From IMG/VR virus record IMGVR_UViG_3300020388_000009: a stretch of DNA of 64,000 bases; one strand, 5' to 3'. Both the position numbers and the translations under genes were made by a program. Under the pieces are notes generated by a model. That model saw nothing but the letters and a program-made list of their open reading frames with translations, was not told where the DNA came from and searched no databases. Numbering within the stretch: the stretch's first letter is position 1; every line of letters starts with the position of its first letter. Source of the stretch: a virus (taxonomy: Duplodnaviria; Caudoviricetes). This document shows positions 10,819 through 21,547 of this stretch, one piece after another.

Positions 10819-12137
10819 GCTTCTACCTTTTTAAGTTTTGGTAAATTTATTTTTGGTGACCCTACCTTTTTAAGTTTTGGTAAATTTAAAGACATTTGTT
10901 GAGGTACTGTCTGTAATCCGGTATCTACAATCTCGCAAAATTTTTCTGACATTAAATCTAGATTAAAATTAGTTTTTACATGATGAGATTGTTTTCTAGC
11001 TTTAGTTAAATATTGCTTGTAATCAGATACACAGTCTTGTAATACACGAACTGCATAACCATAATCAACAGTAAACCACGTCGAATCTTTCAATATAAAA
11101 TTATCTATAACAGAATTATGTACTGGAGTTTGTTCACCTGGTAATAATGTACAATAATCTTTATGTAAAAAATCTAAATGACCTGACCAATTACTAGCAA
11201 TAATTGGCTTACCAGTAATACCAAATTCTAATAAAGGTCGACCAAATCCTTCACCTTTAGTAAATGAAATCATTGCATTAATCTTTGGATGATTGTATAA
11301 TGAATTCATTTCTTCATCGGTTAAGTCTCCATGCAGTAAATAAATGTTTGGAGCTTTATTACCATATGGCTCCATAATCTGCTGAACTTTTTTCATTATC
11401 TCATCACGATCAATAATTGAAAATGTTGCATGCGATGTTTTTAAAATTAATGCTGGTCTATTTTTAGGCATTTTATTTTTAAATGACTCACAGAACGTTT
11501 TGATCATCATTCCAACATCTTTTCGATCCTGCCCCATAGCACCTTTTAACCAATGCCCGGTATATAAAAAACAAAAGTCATCTTTAATATCCTTTAATTC
11601 GGATAACACTGTATCATGAATTTTAGTTGTTTTCTTGTATACGTTTAAATCTAATCCTTCAAATAAAACTTGAATAGGCTTATTTAATCGTAATTCACCA
11701 GTTTTTTGCTTTGTTTTTTCATCAATTGCATCATATACAGTGTTTACAAATCCATCTTTAGAATGTTCAGATGTTACAATATTCATATCCATACGGTTAC
11801 ATCCTTCAATCCATTCATGTGCTACTCTGTTTGTTTCTATACCAGCTGTTATGCCTATGTTATATTTTCCAAGAGCTTGAAATTCATTTGGTACAGAAAT
11901 TTGTATAAATACATCTGGCTTCCTATTAATATTTTGTGTTGCAATTCTATCAATTATTGCTTTATGATTAGGATCTTCTACAAGTAATGCATTAGTGGGA
12001 CATGATCCCCATGGCAATGATACAATTTGAATATCATATTTATTTGCTTTAATTAAAGCTGTTACTAAATCTCTTGTATGGTTTCCATAACCTGACCGAG
12101 TTGAAACTGGTCCTTGTACTACTATAAATGGTTTCAT
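10815..12137 (-). CDS. Glycosyltransferase family 4 (GT-B)
   Basis: TRSGYG, DRKD, KGEGFGRPLLE (EX7E), SGHLDF. Start at 12137 by TAATG coupling. Confidence 0.88.
   Translation of the reverse strand: MKPFIVVQGPVSTRSGYGNHTRDLVTALIKANKYDIQIVSLPWGSCPTNALLVEDPNHKAIIDRIATQNINRKPDVFIQISVPNEFQALGKYNIGITAGIETNRVAHEWIEGCNRMDMNIVTSEHSKDGFVNTVYDAIDEKTKQKTGELRLNKPIQVLFEGLDLNVYKKTTKIHDTVLSELKDIKDDFCFLYTGHWLKGAMGQDRKDVGMMIKTFCESFKNKMPKNRPALILKTSHATFSIIDRDEIMKKVQQIMEPYGNKAPNIYLLHGDLTDEEMNSLYNHPKINAMISFTKGEGFGRPLLEFGITGKPIIASNWSGHLDFLHKDYCTLLPGEQTPVHNSVIDNFILKDSTWFTVDYGYAVRVLQDCVSDYKQYLTKARKQSHHVKTNFNLDLMSEKFCEIVDTGLQTVPQQMSLNLPKLKKVGSPKINLPKLKKVEA
10823..10888. repeat. Perfect 27-bp direct repeat (10823-10849, 10862-10888) encoding NLPKLKKV twice
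   Basis: ctacctttttaagttttggtaaattta occurs twice with a 39-bp period. Confidence 0.9.
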
Positions 12138-13594
12138 TATACTACAACTCCTGGATTTTCTATTTTCTTTTCTTGTTCTATTTTGTACATGGTAAATCGC
12201 TTTCTTGGCGTCCATTTTTCTAAACATGTATTAATACAATTGGCCATTAATTTACTCATACCAGTCGCTGACATGTTTGATTCATCTCCGCAAACCCAAT
12301 CATGACCTACTCGACCATTAGACTCACGGTCTGCTTTTTCCATATCATACCAATAATACATTGCATCTGCAACATCGCGGAAATCAACTCTATCATCAAA
12401 TATATAAGGAGTCATAGGCGATCCTTGTAATGACCGATTAGTCGGGAATACTGGCTTTACCCACTCAGCATGCACTTTATATGTTCCGTCATGATTAGAA
12501 GGAAAATGAGTATCAAATTCAATCCAATCACCTGTTGCATTTTCAAATCTACAACCATCTTGCAATCCACCGGTTACATTATTAATAATCGGAGTGCCGG
12601 CATGTAATGATTCACACCAAGATATCCCAAAACCTTCATTGGATGCAATATTAACAGTTACATCGGCCATGTTATAATAATAATTTAAGACACGAGTATC
12701 CACTGCCTTATCGCTAAAGATTATTTTATAGTCTGGGCATAATGCTTTCTTAACTGCAAATAAATCAGTACCATTATCATCTCTTATCTGAGTATGCATG
12801 AACAATGCACATTTACTAGACTTTTCTTTTGGTAATTTATCACAAAATTCTTTATAAGCGATAATTAAATCACCTGGCTGTTTTCTTCTAATATTTCTAT
12901 TGTTCCAGAAAAATATAAAATCAACATCATTAGTCTTTTTAAATTCATTTGAAAATTTTTCAAATTCATTATATTCTTTATGTAATGATGTAATTGGAAA
13001 AAATTTGTTAACATTTACTCCATGTGGTACCCATTGTACAGCCCAGTCTGGTTTTGGGAATTTTTGTAATACATTTTTTACAATATTATTTGTTTGTCTG
13101 GAAATGTTCATTAACAGATCACATGATTCATAAAAAGGTTCATTCCAATGTGGATATGGAAGATCATCCCAAATATTGTAATACATGATTGGAACATGTT
13201 GCCGAATTTGATGTTCTATTTGATATAACCAGCCCCAAAACCTAGGATCGGTAAAATGTAGAATAGCATCAGGCTTCTCTATGTTCATTATCTGTTGCAA
13301 TATATTTGCATTACCATAACCATCACATGGATATATTTTTAAGTACGCATCATCAACGCCAATTTCTTTACGAACGTCATTAGATAAATCTAAAACTTTA
13401 CCAGATTCTGGATGTTTAATTGCCGCGCCAAGTTGACACCAATCATATTGGTCTAATGTGCCCATTACAAATTCACGAGACATTGTACCAATTCCGGAAT
13501 GCATTCGTAAATCATCTGATAATAATAATATTTTTTTCTTTTTTTGTTTGTTAGGATCTATCTTCCTAAGCTTAGGTAACTTTATTGGTTCCAT
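12137..13594 (-). CDS. Glycosyltransferase family 4 (GT-B)
   Basis: LLLSDDLRMHSGIG, NNRNIRRKQ, SNEGFGISWCE (EX7E), TGGLQD. Confidence 0.88.
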   Translation of the reverse strand: MEPIKLPKLRKIDPNKQKKKKILLLSDDLRMHSGIGTMSREFVMGTLDQYDWCQLGAAIKHPESGKVLDLSNDVRKEIGVDDAYLKIYPCDGYGNANILQQIMNIEKPDAILHFTDPRFWGWLYQIEHQIRQHVPIMYYNIWDDLPYPHWNEPFYESCDLLMNISRQTNNIVKNVLQKFPKPDWAVQWVPHGVNVNKFFPITSLHKEYNEFEKFSNEFKKTNDVDFIFFWNNRNIRRKQPGDLIIAYKEFCDKLPKEKSSKCALFMHTQIRDDNGTDLFAVKKALCPDYKIIFSDKAVDTRVLNYYYNMADVTVNIASNEGFGISWCESLHAGTPIINNVTGGLQDGCRFENATGDWIEFDTHFPSNHDGTYKVHAEWVKPVFPTNRSLQGSPMTPYIFDDRVDFRDVADAMYYWYDMEKADRESNGRVGHDWVCGDESNMSATGMSKLMANCINTCLEKWTPRKRFTMYKIEQEKKIENPGVVV

Positions 13595-13617
13595 TAAATT
13601 CTCCGAATAACTTTATT

Positions 13618-13625
13618 ATAAATAT
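13618..13625 (-). promoter_or_regulatory. Late-type motif ATATTTAT upstream of the glycosylation island
   Basis: Same 8-mer precedes most structural genes; 23 nt from the ATG; GGAG SD. Confidence 0.6.
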
Positions 13626-13653
13626 ACAAAAAGCGTTCTTAACCACCTTTTTA

Positions 13654-13872
13654 TTATTGCTTTTTTAAGTTAATTATCCCATATACGTTTATTGCAATTA
13701 TCACTAAACTTAATACTAAATGGCTAAAATTAGTAATGTAGAAGTCATATGTAATCCAACCAATATCACCAACTATCCATGTTATCATAGCATAATGAAA
13801 TTTACCTTTGGCATTAAGACCAAATCCTATTAACACTAACGCTGTACTTATCCAACCTAAAATTTCTATCAT
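13654..13872 (-). CDS. Small membrane protein (three hydrophobic segments, PnuC-like fragment)
   Basis: LGWISTALVLIGFGL, AMITWIVGDIGW, LVLSLVIIAINVYGI. Confidence 0.6.
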   Translation of the reverse strand: MIEILGWISTALVLIGFGLNAKGKFHYAMITWIVGDIGWITYDFYITNFSHLVLSLVIIAINVYGIINLKKQ

Positions 13873-14270
13873 ACAATAATTGTTACTGGTTTATTTAATT
13901 TTTTAGCTTTTTTAATTGCACTCATCGATCCATTAGATGATTCTTGTTCACTAATAAATGCTATCATGACATCACAATCTCGCGCAATCAACATGTTGCG
14001 ATGATGAAATTGTGATACATGATATGGTTTACCGTAATAATCATCTGACATAGCAGAGTATAAATTTTTAGTAGTATGTGCTGGATTAAATTCTTTATAT
14101 CGAATTCCAAATTCTAATGCATACTTTCTTGCAAATTTATCTGCTCCGTATTTAGCACCACCAGATATTATTATTAAATCTGAGCCAAACTTTTGTTTTA
14201 ATTGAAATAAAGTATCCTTTATACGACGTATATTTGCATAATCTCTACTTCCAATTAACGCAACTTTCAT
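13869..14270 (-). CDS. SLOG superfamily (YspA/DUF2493-like) protein
   Basis: VALIGSRDY, IISGGAKYGAD, RNMLIA, SNGSMSAI. Confidence 0.8.
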   Translation of the reverse strand: MKVALIGSRDYANIRRIKDTLFQLKQKFGSDLIIISGGAKYGADKFARKYALEFGIRYKEFNPAHTTKNLYSAMSDDYYGKPYHVSQFHHRNMLIARDCDVMIAFISEQESSNGSMSAIKKAKKLNKPVTIIV

Positions 14271-14524
14271 TATTTTTTAGGGGTAGGCTGCGGTACTTCT
14301 ACTTCTGACGTTGCTGGAGTTGCTGGTTGCATCATATTTTGCAACGTTGTTAAATAACCATCTGCATCGGATATTTGTTTTAACAACTTATCACATTCCG
14401 CTACAATATCTGGATGTTCACCAATACCAGCTGGGTTTGTTAAATAATTTTGTAAATTGGCAGCTGCTTCTAATTTACTAGCCATGTACTTTGCGTTTAA
14501 CGCTTGAACAATTTGTTGTGTCAT
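14270..14524 (-). CDS. Hypothetical phage protein (84 aa)
   Basis: YLTNPAGIGEHPDIV, recalled from aquatic myoviruses; TAATG coupling. Confidence 0.7.
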   Translation of the reverse strand: MTQQIVQALNAKYMASKLEAAANLQNYLTNPAGIGEHPDIVAECDKLLKQISDADGYLTTLQNMMQPATPATSEVEVPQPTPKK

Positions 14525-14526
14525 TT

Positions 14527-15462
14527 TTAACCTTTTATTCTATTTGACATTGGACATAGATCTTCACGATCTTTGAATTCGCAATATTTGCAATTCTTCT
14601 TATTTTTACCTGCCATTGCAGGATACTCTTTATTTAAATTATAATTGCCTTCACTATCAAAACTAGATTCTACAAAACCTTTTATAGAACGAGCTAATTT
14701 ATTTCTAGTTGGTTTACCACTTGCTGGCATAAATTCTGTTATACGTTTTTGAGGAAACATTGCACCGTCAATCAATTTACGTTTAAGAATCATATACTTG
14801 ATATCAATATTTTCTACATCATATCCATATTGTTCAGCAAAATATTTTTTATACAATACTAATTGAGATGTCTTTGTCTTATCAGCTTTCTGATATTTAT
14901 TCCATCCCATTGTACTAGTTTTAAGATCGATGATAGTTATTTTACCATCTCGTTTATCGCGAATAACAATATCTAGATAACCTAACATCATTATGTTATC
15001 ATTATCTTCATCAACTGGATGATAAATTTTAACTTCAATGCCTATCAATTCTTCATTCTTACGACTAAAATATGCTCCACGTTTTTTCTTGAACCAATCA
15101 ATAATTGCGACGCCGTCGTCATAAAATTCGTTCATTTCAAATTTATCAGAAAAATGATCATCCATCTTTGAAACAGCTTCTTTATAAAGATCCACCATTT
15201 GTTGTTTCAACATACCGTTAAGATCTAATGCATCTGCTTCTTTTACCGACTTTTCATACATTACAGTTAAATAATGTTGTAATGTTTCATGCATAGCTGT
15301 ACCAAATATGGTATGTATACTTTGACTAAATGTACGTAAACCTTTGGCATATGCCAATTCCCAATGCTTAGGACATGTTTCATACATAGCGTATTGTGAA
15401 TATGATATTCTACGCTCTCCAGGTATCGGCTCTCTCGCTCCGTATTTTAAAAATTTATTCAT
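14527..15462 (-). CDS. PD-(D/E)XK exonuclease, Cas4/AddB-like with Fe-S cysteines
   Basis: SYSQY...CP, FGTAMHE, E...GYLD...IIDLKT, QLVLY, CKYC-x8-C. Confidence 0.85.
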   Translation of the reverse strand: MNKFLKYGAREPIPGERRISYSQYAMYETCPKHWELAYAKGLRTFSQSIHTIFGTAMHETLQHYLTVMYEKSVKEADALDLNGMLKQQMVDLYKEAVSKMDDHFSDKFEMNEFYDDGVAIIDWFKKKRGAYFSRKNEELIGIEVKIYHPVDEDNDNIMMLGYLDIVIRDKRDGKITIIDLKTSTMGWNKYQKADKTKTSQLVLYKKYFAEQYGYDVENIDIKYMILKRKLIDGAMFPQKRITEFMPASGKPTRNKLARSIKGFVESSFDSEGNYNLNKEYPAMAGKNKKNCKYCEFKDREDLCPMSNRIKG

Positions 15463-15468
15463 ATACTA

Positions 15469-15497
15469 AATATAAGAAATATTTTTCAAAGTACCAA
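15469..15497 (-). promoter_or_regulatory. Sigma70-like promoter TTGGTA-N17-TATATT (probably leaderless transcript)
   Basis: -10 lies 6 nt from the ATG at 15462; no SD. Confidence 0.75.
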
Positions 15498-15498
15498 A

Positions 15499-15894
15499 TT
15501 ATTTACCCCAAATCTTTTTGGAAACTATTTGTGCTATCACTCCGTATATAGATAAATCTTGAAATGTATCTGTCTCGGCTTCTCCTACTTCGTCGCGATG
15601 TCCTAGCACAATTAACTGTTTCAGTCGTTGAACTTTATCATTAACTCTAAACCATAACCCTGTCAATGATAATTTAACATCATCATTAGTTTCTAAATTT
15701 GTACCTACAGATATATTACCAGGTCCATAATTTTTTTGTTTTTTGCAAAATAATACATATTGCTCATTCTGTATACGTTTAAATTCTGTACACGTCTTTG
15801 GATATTGGAGTTCACAATACTTAACTGCATCGGGTGTTTCAATTTCAATCGATTCTTTAAAATCTACACGAGGTCTATCTTTAATTGTTTTCAT
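15499..15894 (-). CDS. DUF1599/Nmad1-like nucleotide-modification-associated protein
   Basis: KKQKNYG...RVNDKVQRL...DTFQDLSIYGVIA pattern. Confidence 0.65.
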   Translation of the reverse strand: MKTIKDRPRVDFKESIEIETPDAVKYCELQYPKTCTEFKRIQNEQYVLFCKKQKNYGPGNISVGTNLETNDDVKLSLTGLWFRVNDKVQRLKQLIVLGHRDEVGEAETDTFQDLSIYGVIAQIVSKKIWGK

Positions 15895-16337
15895 TTCAAT
15901 AACTTTTTTATTTCTTTATCAGTATGACCATATGTTTTAAGTAACTTAATTAAGTTATCACGACCGGATACAGTAGGCAATAATATACCGATAAATTCTT
16001 CAGCATCTGTTTTACCACATTGCAGGCAATTTGCTAAAAATTTAACTAACTCAGGATTATATTTGTCCACTTTTTTTCCTTTTATGTATTTAGCAAACAT
16101 ACGTTGTTTAGGTAGTATGTCATGATATAATTGATATACATGTTTCTTACTTAATGGACCTATTGTATATTGCTGAAACATATCTACAATTTCTATTAAG
16201 TCTGGATGCATGGATAGCCACCTATTAATTAAATATGGAGAAAACGATTTACGATCTAATTCAGACAACGTACTCCATGGAGTTTTCTTATTAGTTATAT
16301 TAGCTAAATGATCAAATATAGTAGCTGGTTTCTTCAT
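15891..16337 (-). CDS. Probable clamp-loader small subunit (T4 gp62-like)
   Basis: IFDHLANIT...FSPYLINRWLS...KYIK; size and replication context. Confidence 0.6.
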   Translation of the reverse strand: MKKPATIFDHLANITNKKTPWSTLSELDRKSFSPYLINRWLSMHPDLIEIVDMFQQYTIGPLSKKHVYQLYHDILPKQRMFAKYIKGKKVDKYNPELVKFLANCLQCGKTDAEEFIGILLPTVSGRDNLIKLLKTYGHTDKEIKKLLK

Positions 16338-17984
<1,647 letters not shown>

Positions 17985-17991
17985 TTATTTA

Positions 17992-18020
17992 AATATAAGA
18001 AAAATATTTCATTGTACCAA
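17992..18020 (-). promoter_or_regulatory. Sigma70-like promoter TTGGTA-N17-TATATT for groEL
   Basis: Exact match to the repeated motif. Confidence 0.75.
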
Positions 18021-18021
18021 A

Positions 18022-18261
18022 TTATTCTTCTTTATTGTTTGTAGATATTTTTGTGTATCGGATTCCTAATTCTTTTATCTCGTAATGAAATCCTTGATTG
18101 CTATTCATATTAAGTATGTTTACCATTTCCTCTGCCGATTCTAATCTATCAAATTCTAATGGATGGTCTTCATTATCCATCATTAAAACAGGGAGAGCTT
18201 TATTTGAATTACCATCAGGATTTCGATGATATTTAATTAGTATGAATATCCGGTCTTTCAT
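18022..18261 (-). CDS. Hypothetical protein (79 aa)
   Basis: TAATG-coupled to the clamp loader; fills the gap. Confidence 0.6.
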   Translation of the reverse strand: MKDRIFILIKYHRNPDGNSNKALPVLMMDNEDHPLEFDRLESAEEMVNILNMNSNQGFHYEIKELGIRYTKISTNNKEE

Positions 18262-19190
18262 TATTTTAACTCATTTAACATTTTTACAATTGTAGACATG
18301 ACATGTAATTCCTTATCAACTGCAAATGAATCCTGGTATTGGGATTCTGCTAATATTAAAATAATACTTGCAATATGCCCAGTTGCATAATTGTCTATTT
18401 CATCAAACAAATATTTATGTAAAGCTGTAAAATCTTTGACTTTACTATCTGCAATTAATTTTCTAATGTCTTTAAATGCAGTCTTCTTATCACTTCCAGA
18501 TTTTAAAATATCTAACAACTTGGTCATATAATTTGCTTGTATAACACTAGTTGCATCTATCTTTAATTCATTATCTATTACTTGTCTCTGACAGCTATTT
18601 AATACCCGTCTTATATCCGGATAGCCGGCGTTTATAATAGTAACAAGGTCTTTGTTATCATATTTAACTTGTAATTCGTTAAGGATTTCAACTATACGTT
18701 TAGCGACTTCTTTTTTATTAGGCGGCGTTATACCAAAGACCTGACAACGTGATTGTATAGGGTCTATAATCTTTTCAACGTAATTACATGTTAAAATGAA
18801 TCTTGTAGTCTTAGAAAATGTTTCCATTAAATTACGTAATGCAGCCTGACCATTAGGAGTCATGTAATCTGCTTCATCTAATATAACAATCTTCCATTTT
18901 TTAAATCCAATAGTACTAGCATAATTCTTTATCTTAGTACGTACTGTTTCCACATTGTTTTCATCTGATGCATTAATATACATGATATCAGCATCTAACC
19001 CATTTGCTATAATCTTTGCAAGAGTGGTCTTACCAGTTCCTGCCTGACCATAAAATAATAGATGTGGTACATCACCATTTTCCAAATATAACTTAACTTT
19101 ATCTATGATATGTTCATTACCCACATATCCTTCTAACGTACCAGGTCGAAACTTTTCAACCCATAATGTATTTTCTTGATTTCCAAACAT
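18261..19190 (-). CDS. Clamp-loader AAA+ subunit (T4 gp44/RFC-like)
   Basis: WVEKFRP, GQAGTGKT, NASDE, DEAD, SRC. Confidence 0.95.
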   Translation of the reverse strand: MFGNQENTLWVEKFRPGTLEGYVGNEHIIDKVKLYLENGDVPHLLFYGQAGTGKTTLAKIIANGLDADIMYINASDENNVETVRTKIKNYASTIGFKKWKIVILDEADYMTPNGQAALRNLMETFSKTTRFILTCNYVEKIIDPIQSRCQVFGITPPNKKEVAKRIVEILNELQVKYDNKDLVTIINAGYPDIRRVLNSCQRQVIDNELKIDATSVIQANYMTKLLDILKSGSDKKTAFKDIRKLIADSKVKDFTALHKYLFDEIDNYATGHIASIILILAESQYQDSFAVDKELHVMSTIVKMLNELK

Positions 19191-19196
19191 ACTTAT

Positions 19197-19634
19197 TTAA
19201 TTACCTGTTGAACCATAACCACCTTCTCCTCTAGAACTATCAGCTAAATTATCAGCTTCTTCTAATTCTATATTTGGATATGGCATTATAACTAATTGAC
19301 CGACTCTATCACCATCTTGATATCGTTTAACATTCGCGAAATAACTATCGCTATCAAATTTATACCTGAAAGTTATTTCTCCTCTATATCCAGAATCAAC
19401 AACTCCTACACAATTTGCTAAACTCACATCTTTTTTTGATACGGATGATCTTGGAAATAATAATCCTACATGACCTTCCGGAACTTCAAATGCTAGACCG
19501 GTATGGTATTCTATAAAATTATGCTCTGTATTTATTTTATGAGCAATTGCAGTTATATCCATTCCAGCGTCTCCTGGTTTAGCATAACTAGGAGTAATTG
19601 CTGTATCAACTAATTTTTTAAATTTTACTTTCAT
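19197..19634 (-). CDS. dut: Trimeric dUTPase
   Basis: AGMD, PRSS, GVVDSGYRGEI, RGEGGYGSTG. Confidence 0.96.
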   Translation of the reverse strand: MKVKFKKLVDTAITPSYAKPGDAGMDITAIAHKINTEHNFIEYHTGLAFEVPEGHVGLLFPRSSVSKKDVSLANCVGVVDSGYRGEITFRYKFDSDSYFANVKRYQDGDRVGQLVIMPYPNIELEEADNLADSSRGEGGYGSTGN

Positions 19635-19635
19635 G

Positions 19636-20352
19636 TTATGCAGCTTGTAATTGTACTAAATAATATGTAGATGAATATGCACTTCCTTTAAAGGTTACTC
19701 TGGCTAAACCTGCTTGAGATACTTCGATATAACCTTCTTCTGCATCTTTATTTGCAGATAAAATTTCTTTAAACAAATTAGCAGAAAAACATGTTGCACT
19801 TAACTCTTCAGATTTATCAGGTGTTACTGCCCATGTAATTCTATTGGTATTCAAAGTAGAATAATTTAAAATCATTTTAGTTCCTGCCTCTCCACTTTCA
19901 ACTGCAAAGTTTTCGGTTTCTGGCAATGCATTTTTTGATTTGATAAATTTATCTGCAAAATCTTTAGTTAATTTAATTTTAACACCAAAATCAGGAAGAC
20001 CTTTCATTTGAGGAACTTGTCTAATCACAGACATGTCTGCTAACATAAACGTTACCTTTGTTGATATATCTGATATGTTAATTGAAAATGCGGCATCGTC
20101 TGCTCTATTAACTTTGATATCAATTTTATCATCTAAAGCCGTTAACAGTTTTGTTAATTGAGATGTATTATATACACCCAATCTAACGTCTTCAATATCA
20201 AAATCTTGCATTGTAACTCTACCTACAACGTTTTGATCATCTGTAATAAATTCACATGACAATACATCATCTTTAACATCTAAACCTACCGAATTAGCAT
20301 TCCCTGCTAAATGATATTTTTCAATAAAATTAGTTAGTTTTCTCTTTTCCAT
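19636..20352 (-). CDS. Probable sliding clamp (T4 gp45-like)
   Basis: About 238 aa, beta-rich, GVYNTSQL, GLARVTF...YYLV; beside the clamp loader. Start MEKRKL at 20352. Confidence 0.7.
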   Translation of the reverse strand: MEKRKLTNFIEKYHLAGNANSVGLDVKDDVLSCEFITDDQNVVGRVTMQDFDIEDVRLGVYNTSQLTKLLTALDDKIDIKVNRADDAAFSINISDISTKVTFMLADMSVIRQVPQMKGLPDFGVKIKLTKDFADKFIKSKNALPETENFAVESGEAGTKMILNYSTLNTNRITWAVTPDKSEELSATCFSANLFKEILSANKDAEEGYIEVSQAGLARVTFKGSAYSSTYYLVQLQAA

Positions 20353-20362
20353 TTGTTCTCTT

Positions 20363-21547
20363 TTATTCGAAGAATTGATTAAATACTTCATTATTTACTA
20401 AATCTCTTGTACTACCACCAAACCTATCATATAATTGTCTATTTTTATTATAGATATGAATAGCTTTATCTGGATCTTTAAACATTTCTTCCATACTCAT
20501 TAATATTGAATAGAAATCTCTAGGGACCACTGTTTGTAACAATTCGTTATGACATTTCACAATTTCTTCTACTTGTTTAACAGTATCATTAAATACAAAT
20601 AAATTGTTCAACGTCATCTTCATTGTAACATCACCTTTATAATTAGACACATCTCCAAAAGTAAATCCTTCTGATACTGGATGTCCTAATGGGTTAGGAA
20701 CTAAATCATCTGCGTTATAAGGTAGATTTTCTCCTTTAGGAAAATATAAATCCGTAAAGGTCATTTTACTTAATTGAGGAGAATGAAGATAAGTTCCATA
20801 TACAGGATATAAACCTGGTGATGATGAATCTGTTGATATCTGTATACGACCTCCATGATATTTGTTTACCATTTTCTGGAAGAAACTTAACATAAAGAAA
20901 TCGGATATCTTAGATATACCTAATACATGAATAAATTGGTTACGAGCTTTTTCAAATTCTCTATTTTTAATCATAGGAACTAATGCAGACATAAACATTG
21001 TAACACGCTTTTGAGCACCACCAATACACCATCCATTAAATTCAAAGTCTTTCATTTTCTGATACCATGCTTCATATTCTTCAACATTATTACCTTGAAT
21101 AACATTTAAGAACTTACATTTACCAGTTTGGTTATCTGCAAAGTATTTGAAATTATCATAGCTAATATCCATACATTCGTAAAACTTTCCATCATACTTT
21201 GCACGTGGTGGAATATCTAAATTTACTCCTAAATCACAATTGGCTTCTAACCAATCAAATATAGTTTTCTTGAATGATGGATCCCATTTAATGGCACCGG
21301 TAGCTAACTGGAATCCTCCAGAATCTCCTAATACTAATACATCATCTTCTAATCCATATCTATCTCTAGCATCCATCCATTTGTAATGATGTCCTGCCGT
21401 AATTAGGAAATATGGGTGTCTCCATGGTTCTGGAAACTCTTTATCATAAAATCTACATGTAAGTCCAGGCTTAACTTCTTTGTTCTTCTTGAAGTCTCCT
21501 GCACATCCTCCTGCAGATAATGATGGGTAATAAATTAAATCTTTCAT
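20363..21547 (-). CDS. dpdA: TGT/DpdA-family guanine transglycosylase (probable DNA 7-deazaguanine insertase)
   Basis: DSGGFQ, NLD, NVIQG, IGG, HVLG, STDSSS in TGT-barrel order; lies in the replication operon near folE/queD/queE. Confidence 0.82.
   Translation of the reverse strand: MKDLIYYPSLSAGGCAGDFKKNKEVKPGLTCRFYDKEFPEPWRHPYFLITAGHHYKWMDARDRYGLEDDVLVLGDSGGFQLATGAIKWDPSFKKTIFDWLEANCDLGVNLDIPPRAKYDGKFYECMDISYDNFKYFADNQTGKCKFLNVIQGNNVEEYEAWYQKMKDFEFNGWCIGGAQKRVTMFMSALVPMIKNREFEKARNQFIHVLGISKISDFFMLSFFQKMVNKYHGGRIQISTDSSSPGLYPVYGTYLHSPQLSKMTFTDLYFPKGENLPYNADDLVPNPLGHPVSEGFTFGDVSNYKGDVTMKMTLNNLFVFNDTVKQVEEIVKCHNELLQTVVPRDFYSILMSMEEMFKDPDKAIHIYNKNRQLYDRFGGSTRDLVNNEVFNQFFE

Noticed and set aside
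14527-15462. Cas4-like gene as evidence of a CRISPR-Cas system
   Set aside because: No cas1/cas2 and no repeat-spacer array seen; solo Cas4-like nucleases are common in phages.
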